Assembly (NCBI GenBank): GCA_958296105.1
Contig: OY282441.1
Span: 1,663,585 to 1,727,584, forward strand
DNA length: 64,000 nucleotides
Direction of reading: 5' to 3'
Source: an uncultured Dehalococcoidia bacterium
GTDB lineage: Bacteria; Chloroflexota; Dehalococcoidia; Lucifugimonadales; UBA1123
Shown here: positions 44,380 to 54,899 of the stretch, piece by piece
Layout: each line of letters begins with the position of its first letter
Position numbering within the stretch: the first letter of the stretch is position 1
The notes under the pieces: model-generated
Told to the model about the DNA's origin: nothing
Seen by the model: the letters and a program-made list of their open reading frames with translations, nothing else
Databases searched by the model: none
Program-made: the position numbers and the translations under genes

Positions 44380-44664
44380 TCAGCGCGCGCCGCCTGTTTC
44401 GGCGGACAGCGCGCCCAGCAGACCCCTCCATTCGTCCTCGCCTATCTTGGTTTTCAATGAGTGTTCCAGCCGCGCGCGGCTGAGGCTCTGCGGAGACTGC
44501 CTGCACGAATCGCAAACATAGGCGCCTCTGCCGTTCCGCTTTCCGCTCGCGTCCACCGCGACCGCCGAGTCGGGAGACGACACGACCCGCAGCAGCTCGC
44601 GCTTCGCCGCCTTGCCGCGACAGGATACGCATGTCCTCATCGGAACGTGTCTTCGCTTTGCCAC
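44380..44664 (-). CDS. ylxR: YlxR/RnpM family (DUF448) RNA-binding protein
   Basis: 94 aa with PMRTCVSCRGKAAKRELLRVV ... GRGAYVC motifs, in the canonical position between nusA and infB. Confidence 0.85.
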   Translation of the reverse strand: MAKRRHVPMRTCVSCRGKAAKRELLRVVSSPDSAVAVDASGKRNGRGAYVCDSCRQSPQSLSRARLEHSLKTKIGEDEWRGLLGALSAETGGAR

Positions 44665-44677
44665 AGCAGCCAGCCCC

Positions 44678-46351
44678 CTACCTCCGCCTTCTGGAGGGTC
44701 TGCCGCCGCCGCGCCGCCTTCGTCCTCTAACGGCGGTTGCCGCGTCGTTGGCTGCCGGCCCCCCTGCCCTTCTGGATCGTCTGGCAGTAACGCCGCCTCT
44801 GAGTCCGGCGATGTCCTCGGCGAACCTTATTCCACCGGGTCCGGACATGCCCGGCGCAGTCGGGATGGTCCAGACGTCCTCCGGCAGATCGCGCAGGGAT
44901 GTGGCTTCGGCCTCCGCCTCCCGCTCTTCTTCTTCCGCTTCGAGGGCTGCGAGAAGCTCTGCCTCTTCGCGCTCCAGCTCGGCAAGGATCGCTGCCTCCT
45001 CCGCCTCGATCTCAGCCTGTGAGCGGGTATCCACCGGCTCAGGCTCGACAACGACGACCGGCTCCGGCTCGGGATCCTCGACAGGCTCGACCACAGTCAC
45101 CGGCTCGGCTTCCGCCTCTGCCACATGCTCTTCCTGCGCCTCTGCCATATGCTCTTCCTGCGCCGCCGCCGCCACAGGCTCGGGATCCTCTGCGGGAGCT
45201 TCCACTGCGCCCATCGCCGCGGCTTCCGCCTCTGCCGCCTGTCTCGCGGCTTCGGCTTCGGCGGCCTGTCTTGCTGCCTCTTCCGCCGCTATGCGCGCTC
45301 GCTCCAATGCCAGCGCCTCCGCCTCGGTGGAGCTCTTTATGTCTACGCTCCAGCCGGTGAGCTTCGCCGCCAGCCGCGCGTTCTGCCCCTCCTTGCCGAT
45401 GGCGAGTGAGAGCTGTCTGTCCGGCACGACTGCGATGGCGGTCTGGGACATGTCGTCAAGCTCGACCCTGAGAACATGGGCAGGGTTGAGGGCGTTGGCG
45501 ATGAACCGCGCGGTGTCTTTGTTCCACTCCAAGACGTCGATCTTCTCGCCCTGAAGCTCGTTGACTATGTTCTGGATGCGAACTCCCCTCAGTCCCACGC
45601 AGGACCCCACGGGATCCACCCCGTCTTGGCGCGCGCGAACGGCAACCTTGCTTCGGGATCCTGCCTCGCGCGCGACCGCGGCCATCTCCACGGCGCCGCT
45701 GTATATCTCGGGCACCTCCATCTCGAAGAGTCGGCGGAGCAGGTCTCTGTCCGCGCGGGACACGATCAGCTCCGTGCCTCTGGAAGTTCGTTCGACCGAG
45801 CACAGCAAGACCTTGAACTTCTGCCCCTGTCGGTAGCGCTCCGTTGGCATCTGCTCGGAGTGGGGCAGTATGGCTTCGCCCCTCACCATGTCGACCACCA
45901 CGTGGCGAGGCTCGATTCGCTGGACGGTTACCGCGAACACCTCTCCCACCTTGTCGGTGAACTCTTGGAATACCAAATCCCTCTCGGCTTCGCGCAGACG
46001 CTGCATGACGACCTGCTTGGCGGTCTGAGCGGCTATGCGCCCCGCGCTGTGCGGTATGCTGTCCGTTGGGATGACGTCGCCAACTTGGGCGTCGGCTGAG
46101 ATGCTCCGCGCCTCGTCGAGGTCGATCTCGACAACGGGGTCTTCGACCTCGCTGACGACCGTCTTGAGTATGTTGACGGTTACGTCCCCAGAGCCGGGGT
46201 GGAGCTTGACCGATATGTTCTGCCCGGCGGCGATGGCGTCCTTTCGGTATGCCGAAGCCAAGGCGGCCTCGATCGCGGAGAGGACTATCTCTCGGGGCAG
46301 ATTGCGCTCGGCGGCCAGCTGGGTTAAAGCGATCACGAAATCGCTTTTCAT
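44678..46351 (-). CDS. nusA: Transcription termination/antitermination factor NusA with long acidic, then Arg-rich, C-terminal extension
   Basis: 557 aa with N-terminal domain, S1 and KH1/KH2 (...LAIGKEGQNARLAAKLTGW), then about 200 aa of A/E/P-rich low complexity ending RGRRRRGGGRPSRRRR. Confidence 0.93.
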   Translation of the reverse strand: MKSDFVIALTQLAAERNLPREIVLSAIEAALASAYRKDAIAAGQNISVKLHPGSGDVTVNILKTVVSEVEDPVVEIDLDEARSISADAQVGDVIPTDSIPHSAGRIAAQTAKQVVMQRLREAERDLVFQEFTDKVGEVFAVTVQRIEPRHVVVDMVRGEAILPHSEQMPTERYRQGQKFKVLLCSVERTSRGTELIVSRADRDLLRRLFEMEVPEIYSGAVEMAAVAREAGSRSKVAVRARQDGVDPVGSCVGLRGVRIQNIVNELQGEKIDVLEWNKDTARFIANALNPAHVLRVELDDMSQTAIAVVPDRQLSLAIGKEGQNARLAAKLTGWSVDIKSSTEAEALALERARIAAEEAARQAAEAEAARQAAEAEAAAMGAVEAPAEDPEPVAAAAQEEHMAEAQEEHVAEAEAEPVTVVEPVEDPEPEPVVVVEPEPVDTRSQAEIEAEEAAILAELEREEAELLAALEAEEEEREAEAEATSLRDLPEDVWTIPTAPGMSGPGGIRFAEDIAGLRGGVTARRSRRAGGPAANDAATAVRGRRRRGGGRPSRRRR

Positions 46352-46389
46352 GTTCAGCTACCTCCTAGTTCTGGCGAGATTTCATTTCC

Positions 46390-46416
46390 CGTTCTAACAA
46401 AGCCGTTCTAACAAAG
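46390..46416. repeat. Tandem 13-nt direct repeat cgttctaacaaag x2 in the nusA leader
   Basis: Copies at 46390-46402 and 46404-46416, immediately next to the leader hairpin. Confidence 0.8.
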
Positions 46417-46418
46417 AA

Positions 46419-46435
46419 AGTGGGCATGGCCCACT
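46419..46435 (-). promoter_or_regulatory. nusA leader hairpin with U-rich tail (candidate attenuator)
   Basis: AGTGGGC-cat-GCCCACT (7-bp stem), followed on the minus strand by TTCTTTGTT. It lies between the predicted promoter and the nusA ATG at 46351. Confidence 0.45.
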
Positions 46436-46467
46436 TCTCAGCGACTTACAACTAGATTATAGGTCAG

Positions 46468-46496
46468 ATTATAGCATTTAGACAGTACGCTAACAA
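46468..46496 (-). promoter_or_regulatory. Candidate nusA operon promoter
   Basis: On the minus strand, TTGTTA (46496-46491), 17 nt, TATAAT (46473-46468). A second TATAAT lies at 46461-46456. Confidence 0.55.
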
Positions 46497-46613
46497 GCAG
46501 GCTCCGGCCCGGCGGGGCATGTCCAGCGAGGGTGAAAGTCCGAGCGTCGACTCCCAACTCAGCCAAAAGCTGAACCGCATTCTCGTTGGAGACTCCAAAT
46601 TGTGGGTGGTAGC

Positions 46614-47693
46614 ATGGAAACTAACGTCCAGAAAGTCGCCCGCGTCCCTGATGCCTCGACGTTTGGTCTAGGAGGCTCGTTAGTGAGTATTCTGTTCCGA
46701 GTTCAGCGTATCGCCATCTCTATTACGGCTATCGCCTGCGCGTGCCTGATGCTGGTCGCGCTCGCCTGCGACTCCGCAGGTTCGCAGACGACGATAGTGT
46801 TCATCTCGGACAGGGACGGCAACTTGGAGATATACTCGATAGGCTCATCGGGCGAGGAGGAGACCAACCTCACCCAGACGGAGATGGACGAGTCCGCTCC
46901 CGTCACGTCTCGAAACCGCAGATATATCGCGTTCCTCTCCGGACGCGGCGACAACATGTCGATCGAGTCCATGCGAATAGACGGCTCGGACAGAACGGCA
47001 GCCACGCGGGCAGTGGGCGCGTACAGGGACATCAGATGGGGGCCGGACGCCGAGCGTATCGCCTTCGTCTTCGACGACGGCGGGCAGCCTGTGGTGACGA
47101 TGGCGCGCAGAGACGGCTTGAACGCCGTGCGACTGACCAGAATCGAGGGAACCGAAGTGGGCGACTGGTCCAAGAGCGGGGAATCGGTGATATTCGCCGT
47201 AGGCGACGGCGTCGAGCAGGGCATCTACAGCCGCAATCCGGACGGGGTCAACGAGTTCAGGCTCACCGACCAGCCCGACTACAGCCCGCGCTGGTCTCCG
47301 GACTCTAGGCGAATCGCGTTCCTCTCCACCAGAGACGGCAGCCCGGATCTGTACGTGATGGACGGGGACGGCGCGAACCTGCTGCGCATCACGGAGACCG
47401 AAGCGCGGGAGCAAGACATATCTTGGTCGCCAAACGGACAGTATCTCATGTTCGTGTCCGATGAGGAGGGCAACCCCGAGATCTACGCCGCGCACAGGGA
47501 CGGGGCGAATATAACCCGCCTCACCTACAATACGGTCATCGACCATCAGCCGGTATGGTCGCCGGACGGAAATCGAGTGGCATTCGTCAGCTATCTGGAC
47601 GGCGACGCCGAGATATTCATAATGGATTCCGACGGCGGCAATCAGCGCCGCCTGACCAACAACGACGCGCAGGACACCAACCCTTCTTGGTAG
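46614..47693 (+). CDS. TolB-like PD40/WD40 beta-propeller repeat protein, probable lipoprotein
   Basis: The track starts at GTG 46602; I prefer ATG 46614. Signal sequence plus LVALAC, then repeated DG..(I/L)(Y/F)....(D/S)G....LT motifs. Confidence 0.8.
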   Translation: METNVQKVARVPDASTFGLGGSLVSILFRVQRIAISITAIACACLMLVALACDSAGSQTTIVFISDRDGNLEIYSIGSSGEEETNLTQTEMDESAPVTSRNRRYIAFLSGRGDNMSIESMRIDGSDRTAATRAVGAYRDIRWGPDAERIAFVFDDGGQPVVTMARRDGLNAVRLTRIEGTEVGDWSKSGESVIFAVGDGVEQGIYSRNPDGVNEFRLTDQPDYSPRWSPDSRRIAFLSTRDGSPDLYVMDGDGANLLRITETEAREQDISWSPNGQYLMFVSDEEGNPEIYAAHRDGANITRLTYNTVIDHQPVWSPDGNRVAFVSYLDGDAEIFIMDSDGGNQRRLTNNDAQDTNPSW

Positions 47694-47783
47694 AGGGGCA
47701 GGGCGCTTCTCAGGGGCGCTTTGACACGCGCGCCGTCTCGCCATATGATTCTGGTCATCATCGACCCATCGGCGGAGGCGCTA

Positions 47784-48572
47784 ATGTCCGGTAGCACTGT
47801 CTTGACGGAAAGAGTTGGCGATGTCGGCGTGGTCACGCTGAATCGGCCCGAGAAGATGAACGCGATAGATCGCGCGCTGATCGAAGATTTCGAGGCGGCG
47901 ATTCGATCCTGCGAGGCGGACGGCGTCCGCGCGCTGCTGCTGACGGGCGCGGGACGCGGGTTCTGCGCCGGGGCGGATCTGACCGCGCAGGAAGGGAGGG
48001 GCCACACACCCGGCACGGAGACGCTTCGGACGAAGGGTATGCCGCTCGGCTATCCGTCCCTGCTGCTGCGCGAGTTTCCGCGCCCCACCATAGCGGCGGT
48101 GAACGGCGCGGCGGTGGGAGCGGGGTTCGGGCTTGCGCTGGCGTGCGACATCAGGATTGCCGCCCAGAGCGCGCGCTTCTCTGCCATCTTCGCCAAGCGC
48201 GCGCTGTCGCCGGACTACGGATGCACGCAGCTGCTGCCCATGTCGGTGGGCATGTCCAAAGCCATGGAGCTGATGTACACGGGCGACATCATAGACGCAG
48301 ACGAGGCAGAGCGTATCGGCTTGGTCAGCTGCGCCGTCCCTGACGACGAGCTTTCGGAGCGCGCTATGGACCTCGCCCAGAAGCTGGCTTCTGGTCCCTC
48401 GGTCGCCCACGCGCTGACCAAGAAGATGGCGTACTCGTCCATGCTGAGAACGCTGGAAGATCAGCTGTGGCTGGAGGGACAGGCGAGCCAAGCGAGCGGA
48501 TCGAGCGAGGATCGCGCCGAGGGCGTCAGGGCGTTCCTAGAGCGGCGCGAGCCTGTCTTCCGGGGGCGCTGA
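47784..48572 (+). CDS. Enoyl-CoA hydratase/isomerase family protein
   Basis: I start at ATG 47784 (MSGSTVLTERVGDVGVVTLNRPEKMNAI). Oxyanion-hole motif GAGRGFCAGADL. Confidence 0.88.
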   Translation: MSGSTVLTERVGDVGVVTLNRPEKMNAIDRALIEDFEAAIRSCEADGVRALLLTGAGRGFCAGADLTAQEGRGHTPGTETLRTKGMPLGYPSLLLREFPRPTIAAVNGAAVGAGFGLALACDIRIAAQSARFSAIFAKRALSPDYGCTQLLPMSVGMSKAMELMYTGDIIDADEAERIGLVSCAVPDDELSERAMDLAQKLASGPSVAHALTKKMAYSSMLRTLEDQLWLEGQASQASGSSEDRAEGVRAFLERREPVFRGR

Positions 48573-48595
48573 GCGCGCTTCGGGCGAGTCCATCG

Positions 48596-49555
48596 CTAGA
48601 ACCCCGCGCTCTTGTCGCAGACGTATATGAACGGCTCGTTCGCCAAGAAGCGGCGCAGGTTCTCCCTGAATATCTCGCGCCTCCCCTCCCACATCTCCAC
48701 CGTGAGCGCCGAGGCGTGGGGGGAGATGATTACGTTGTCGAGGTCCCACCAAGCGCTGTCCTTCGGCAGCGGCTCGGTCTCGAAGGCGTCTATGCCCGCC
48801 CCGGCGATCCTGCGACTGCGGAGCGCGTCGAACAGCGCGTCCTCGTCCACTATTCCGCCCCGAGATATGATGACGATATGGGCAGTGGGCTTCATCAGCG
48901 CCAGCCTCTCGGCGGCGATCATCCCCCTGGAGTCTGGGGTGTAGGGCGCGGTGACGACGAACCAGTCCGACATCGCCAGCAGATCGTCCAGCCTGTCCAG
49001 CCCCCACAGCTCGATCACCCCCGGCGGCGGTGGAAACGGGTTCTTGTCCACCGCGTAGACGTTCATGCCGAATCCGGCGGCGCGGCGCGCGACGGCGGAG
49101 CCTATGCCGCCCAGCGCCAGAATGCCCATCACGCTTCCTTCCATCTCGATGAAGCTGCGGTCGTACTTGCGCATCTCCCAGCGATGCGCCTTCTGATCCG
49201 CCATCATCTCGTGGGCGCGGTGCGAGAACGCGAGGCACATGGATATCACGTGGTCCGCCATCGGCGCGGCGTGCGGCCCGCGCGCGTTGGTGAGGACGAC
49301 GTCGCTGTCCACTATCTCGGGTATCTCCGTCAGCTTGTCTATGCCCGTTCCCGGGCAGTGCATCCAGCGCAGATGGTCTGCCGCCACGAACACCTCGCGG
49401 CTCGGCGTTCCCATGAACACGTCCGCATCCTCGATCTCGCGCATCTGGTCTTCCTGCGAAGAGACGAATACGAAGTCCATACCGGGAAACTCGCTTGTCA
49501 GACTCTCCTCGAATCCGTCTCCGAACAGGCTCGTGACGACTACCTTCATGGACAT
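48596..49555 (-). CDS. D-isomer-specific 2-hydroxyacid dehydrogenase family protein
   Basis: I start at ATG 49555 (MSMKVVVTS), after GGAGGAGG. NAD motif GILALGGIGSAVARR, and RGGIVDE ... PHAS motifs. Confidence 0.85.
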   Translation of the reverse strand: MSMKVVVTSLFGDGFEESLTSEFPGMDFVFVSSQEDQMREIEDADVFMGTPSREVFVAADHLRWMHCPGTGIDKLTEIPEIVDSDVVLTNARGPHAAPMADHVISMCLAFSHRAHEMMADQKAHRWEMRKYDRSFIEMEGSVMGILALGGIGSAVARRAAGFGMNVYAVDKNPFPPPPGVIELWGLDRLDDLLAMSDWFVVTAPYTPDSRGMIAAERLALMKPTAHIVIISRGGIVDEDALFDALRSRRIAGAGIDAFETEPLPKDSAWWDLDNVIISPHASALTVEMWEGRREIFRENLRRFLANEPFIYVCDKSAGF

Positions 49556-49574
49556 GGACGCCTCCTCCAGCTTT

Positions 49575-50348
49575 TCAGCTGATCCAACGGGGCGGGCGCT
49601 TCTCCAAGAATGCGCTGACGCCCTCTCGCCCGTCTGGATGCTGTAGATTTTCCACCATGACGCGCTGCGCCAGAGAGTACGCCTGCGGCCGGTCGAGCGC
49701 GGCCTGCGCGTAGAAGGCGGTCTTGCCCATCGCCACCGCGCTGGCTGGCGCGGACGCCAGCTTTCGCGCCAGATCGCGCGTGGCGCGCCCAAGCTCCGCG
49801 CTCGGCGCGACTCGATTCACCAGCCCCGCCTTCAGCGCGTCTTGCGCCGAGATCGGCTCGCCCGTCAGCAGCATCTGCATAGCCACCTTCGTGGGAACAG
49901 CCCTGCCGAGAGCCACCGAAGGGGTGGTGCAGAACACGCCGATATCCACGCCGGGCGTGGCGAACTCGGCGTCCTCGGAGGCGACGGCAAGATCGCACGT
50001 CGCCACCAGCTGGCAGCCCGCAGCCGTAGCCAAGCCCTGCACGCTGGCGATCACGGGCTTTCTCAGCAGGCGTATCGCTTCCATCACCTTCGTACACAGG
50101 GCGAAAACCAGCGTCTGGCTTTCGCGGCTGCCCTGCGACAGCTCGCGGAGGTCGTGTCCAGAGCTGAAGACCGGCCCCGCGGCGGCAATTATCAGGACGC
50201 GAGCGGCTGGGTCGTCTTCCGACAGCCGAATCGCCGCCAGCATCTCTTCCAGCATCTCGGACGACAGCGCATTGCGCCGCGCGGGGCTGTTCAGGGTCAG
50301 CGTGGCGATGCCGTCCTGTACTTCGTATAGCGTCAGCGGTTCGGACAC
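49575..50348 (-). CDS. Enoyl-CoA hydratase/isomerase family protein
   Basis: GTG 50348 (VSEPLTLYEVQDGIATLTLNSPARRNAL) is preferred over the track's TTG 50387, to leave room for the divergent promoters. Motif AAGPVFSSGHDL. Confidence 0.85.
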   Translation of the reverse strand: MSEPLTLYEVQDGIATLTLNSPARRNALSSEMLEEMLAAIRLSEDDPAARVLIIAAAGPVFSSGHDLRELSQGSRESQTLVFALCTKVMEAIRLLRKPVIASVQGLATAAGCQLVATCDLAVASEDAEFATPGVDIGVFCTTPSVALGRAVPTKVAMQMLLTGEPISAQDALKAGLVNRVAPSAELGRATRDLARKLASAPASAVAMGKTAFYAQAALDRPQAYSLAQRVMVENLQHPDGREGVSAFLEKRPPRWIS

Positions 50349-50420
50349 TCTGAGCCTCTGGTTTGGGTGGATGCTGTGATTATACAATGTTCCTCAGCAA
50401 AAACTACATGGAGAGTGATC

Positions 50421-52469
<2,049 letters not shown>

Positions 52470-52552
52470 CCCGCCCCGCCGCAAGTCTGAGCTGAGCCGA
52501 AACGCCGCTCATGTCTGCGCGTGAAGGTGAAGGTCGATGCAGACGAAACGCG

Positions 52553-53041
52553 CTACGACTTCCCCCGACTGTAAGACTGCTCCAGCTCGCGCGCTTCGAG
52601 AAAGTCCCGGTAGGACGCATCCGGGCTGCCGAGAAGGTGATGAACCACGCTGCGGTGGCGGTAGGCGGGCCAGTAGGCGGGGTCCAGCTCGATGGCTCTG
52701 TCGAAGTCCGCGAGCGCAAGCTCTAGCTGGTCTGTCTCTGCGCGCGCCAGGCCCCGGTTGTGGTAGGCGTCGCGGTAGTCGGGGTCCAGCTCGATGGCGC
52801 GTGTGGTATCGCCGACGGCTCTGCCGAACTCTCCCAAGCACAGGTTGGCGACGCCCAGGTTGTTGTATGCCATGCCGTTGAGGGGATCCAGCTCGATGAC
52901 GCGCTCCATGTCGTCCCGCGCCCGCGCGTAGTCGCGCGCGTTCGAGTAGGCGTTTCCGCGCCGAAAGTACGCGCTCGCGTCGAGCGGATCGCGCTCGATG
53001 GCGCGCGTCATACGCTCGATGACGTCAGCTAGGTCGGTCAT
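52553..53041 (-). CDS. Tetratricopeptide repeat protein
   Basis: 162 aa with four consecutive TPR units bearing A..D..RAIELDP signatures. Confidence 0.85.
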   Translation of the reverse strand: MTDLADVIERMTRAIERDPLDASAYFRRGNAYSNARDYARARDDMERVIELDPLNGMAYNNLGVANLCLGEFGRAVGDTTRAIELDPDYRDAYHNRGLARAETDQLELALADFDRAIELDPAYWPAYRHRSVVHHLLGSPDASYRDFLEARELEQSYSRGKS

Positions 53042-53104
53042 TCTGACAGCGTCGTTTCACGATGGTACTGACACTCTCCCAGCAAGGCGGGGGACGGCTT
53101 GGCG

Positions 53105-53953
53105 CTAGACCGGATTGGCGGAGTATTCCGACAGCGCCTCTATGACTTTGCCGTTCATAGTGTAGCTCTCCGCGCCGGTCGGGAAGCGCAAGTCGCGGAC
53201 GTCGTGGGCGTAGGCTGTGGCGGCGCTGACTATCGCCTCGCCAATCTCGGCGTAGCGTCTGGCGTGTCTAGGCTCGAAGTCCTGATACATGCCGAGTAGG
53301 TCGTGGAACACCTGCACCTGACCATCGCAGTCCGCGCCCGCGCCGATGCCGATGGTCGGCACGTACACGCGCTCGGTTATCATCTTTGCCAGTGGAGCGG
53401 GAACGCACTCGATGACGATGGCGTACACTCCGGCCTCCTCCAGCGCGCGCGCATCCCCGATGAGGCGAGCGGCGGAGTCGATGCTCTTGCCCTGCACGCG
53501 GTAGCCGCCCAGCTGGTTGACCGACTGCGGAGTCAGCCCAATGTGGCCCATGACCGGAATGCCGCTCTGGACGATGCGGCTCACCGTCTCCGCATGGGCG
53601 TGACCGCCCTCCAGCTTGACCGACTGCGCGCCCCCCTCCTTGAGCAGCCTGCCCGCGTTTCTGATCGCCTCGGCCGCGTCTGCCTGATAGCTGAGGAACG
53701 GCAGATCGCCCACCACGTGGGCGCGCTCCGAGCCGCGAACGACGGCCCTGACGTGATGGATCATGTCGTCCATGTTCACGGGAACGGTGGAGTCGTAGCC
53801 CAGCACGACCTGCCCAAGGCTGTCTCCGACCAGAATCAGCGGGATGCCTGCGCGCTCTACCAGCTGCGCGGAGGTGTAGTCGTAGGCGGTGATCATGGGG
53901 ATCTTCTCGCCTCTGCGCTTCATCCGTTTCAGGTCTCTTATGGTAACACGCAT
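53105..53953 (-). CDS. panB: 3-methyl-2-oxobutanoate hydroxymethyltransferase
   Basis: 282 aa with MITAYDY ... LVGDSLG ... VKLEGG ... GHIGLTPQS motifs. Confidence 0.93.
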   Translation of the reverse strand: MRVTIRDLKRMKRRGEKIPMITAYDYTSAQLVERAGIPLILVGDSLGQVVLGYDSTVPVNMDDMIHHVRAVVRGSERAHVVGDLPFLSYQADAAEAIRNAGRLLKEGGAQSVKLEGGHAHAETVSRIVQSGIPVMGHIGLTPQSVNQLGGYRVQGKSIDSAARLIGDARALEEAGVYAIVIECVPAPLAKMITERVYVPTIGIGAGADCDGQVQVFHDLLGMYQDFEPRHARRYAEIGEAIVSAATAYAHDVRDLRFPTGAESYTMNGKVIEALSEYSANPV

Positions 53954-54000
53954 CTCTGGTACCTCCTCTGTTAGAGTGAAGTCCGATGTCGTTCTGTCTG

Positions 54001-54897
54001 TCAGCTTTCCCCGCTCTCTCGATAGCTCTTGACGATGTCTCCTATCTCCCGCGAAAGCTCCTCGCTAAGCGCTCCCTTCTCGACCGCGAAGGGCAAGCCT
54101 GCCAGAGCCAGCTCGCAGTATAGCGGGAGATATTCGGGCGCGCTCGACCGCAGCGCTTCGAGGTGCTTGCGGATGGTGCCGATGTCTCCGCGAGGGTAGG
54201 GGCCGGCTACCCCCTGCGGCACGCCGTTGGCGTCCAGATTTCGGGCTGCCGCGCCCATCATCGGGATGAGCGCGCGTATGCCCTCGTCTCTCGTGTGGTC
54301 GAACTTCGGCCACAGCGACGCCGCCACGGACGCCAGCGCCGCCAGCAGGTTGCCCATCAGCACGCCTGATACGTGGTACAGCGCCTTGTCTTCCGGGCGC
54401 AGGAAGATGGGGCTGCCGCCGATGTCCTGCGCCATGCGTTCGAGGTAGCCGCGCAGCGCCGGCCCCGCCTCGATGCCGAACGTTGCGCCTGAGATGTTCC
54501 TCGCGCCCTCCTCGACCGAGGAGAACGCCTGAAGCGGGTGGAACGCGGCGGCCGCCGCGCCCTGATCGACCGCGCTCTGGAGCGGCTCCAAGCTGGCGGC
54601 TCCGGAGCAGTGCGCCACGCCCTGCCCCTCGCGCCACCTCAGCGACTGGCACACGGGGCCGATGGCGTCGTCGGAAGTGGTGACGAACACGAAACGCGCC
54701 GAATCCACGAGTTTCTGAAGGCTCTTGTAAGGGACGCATCCGGGAATCCGCGAAGCGAACGTCTGCGAGGAGGCGCGCGTTCTGCTGGCGACGGAGACGA
54801 CTGGGTATCCGGCGGCGTGGAGGGCGAGCGACAGCGAGCCGCCGACCGCGCCCGCGCCAATGAAGCCTATGGGAGTGGATCCGTCGAATGGGCGCAT
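54001..54897 (-). CDS. Rossmann-fold plus DUF2520-like protein, candidate PanG-type ketopantoate reductase
   Basis: 298 aa starting IGFIGAGAVGGSLSLALHAAGY. The C-terminal helical domain and the position directly upstream of panB support the assignment, which rests on family resemblance plus context. Confidence 0.55.
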   Translation of the reverse strand: MRPFDGSTPIGFIGAGAVGGSLSLALHAAGYPVVSVASRTRASSQTFASRIPGCVPYKSLQKLVDSARFVFVTTSDDAIGPVCQSLRWREGQGVAHCSGAASLEPLQSAVDQGAAAAAFHPLQAFSSVEEGARNISGATFGIEAGPALRGYLERMAQDIGGSPIFLRPEDKALYHVSGVLMGNLLAALASVAASLWPKFDHTRDEGIRALIPMMGAAARNLDANGVPQGVAGPYPRGDIGTIRKHLEALRSSAPEYLPLYCELALAGLPFAVEKGALSEELSREIGDIVKSYRESGES

Positions 54898-54899
54898 CG

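Noticed and set aside
46497-46612. Riboswitch-like or RNase P-like motifs in the 5' region of the TolB-like gene (GGGTGAAAGTCC ... CTCCCAACTCAGCC ... TTGGAGACTCC, vaguely like the cobalamin riboswitch core and B12 box, or RNase P CR-I GAGGAAAGTCC)
   Set aside because: The stretch is too short for RNase P RNA. I could not draw the conserved cobalamin-riboswitch helices, the B12-box match is partial, and the downstream gene has no obvious B12 link. Running cmsearch with RF00174, RF01689 and RF00010 would settle it.
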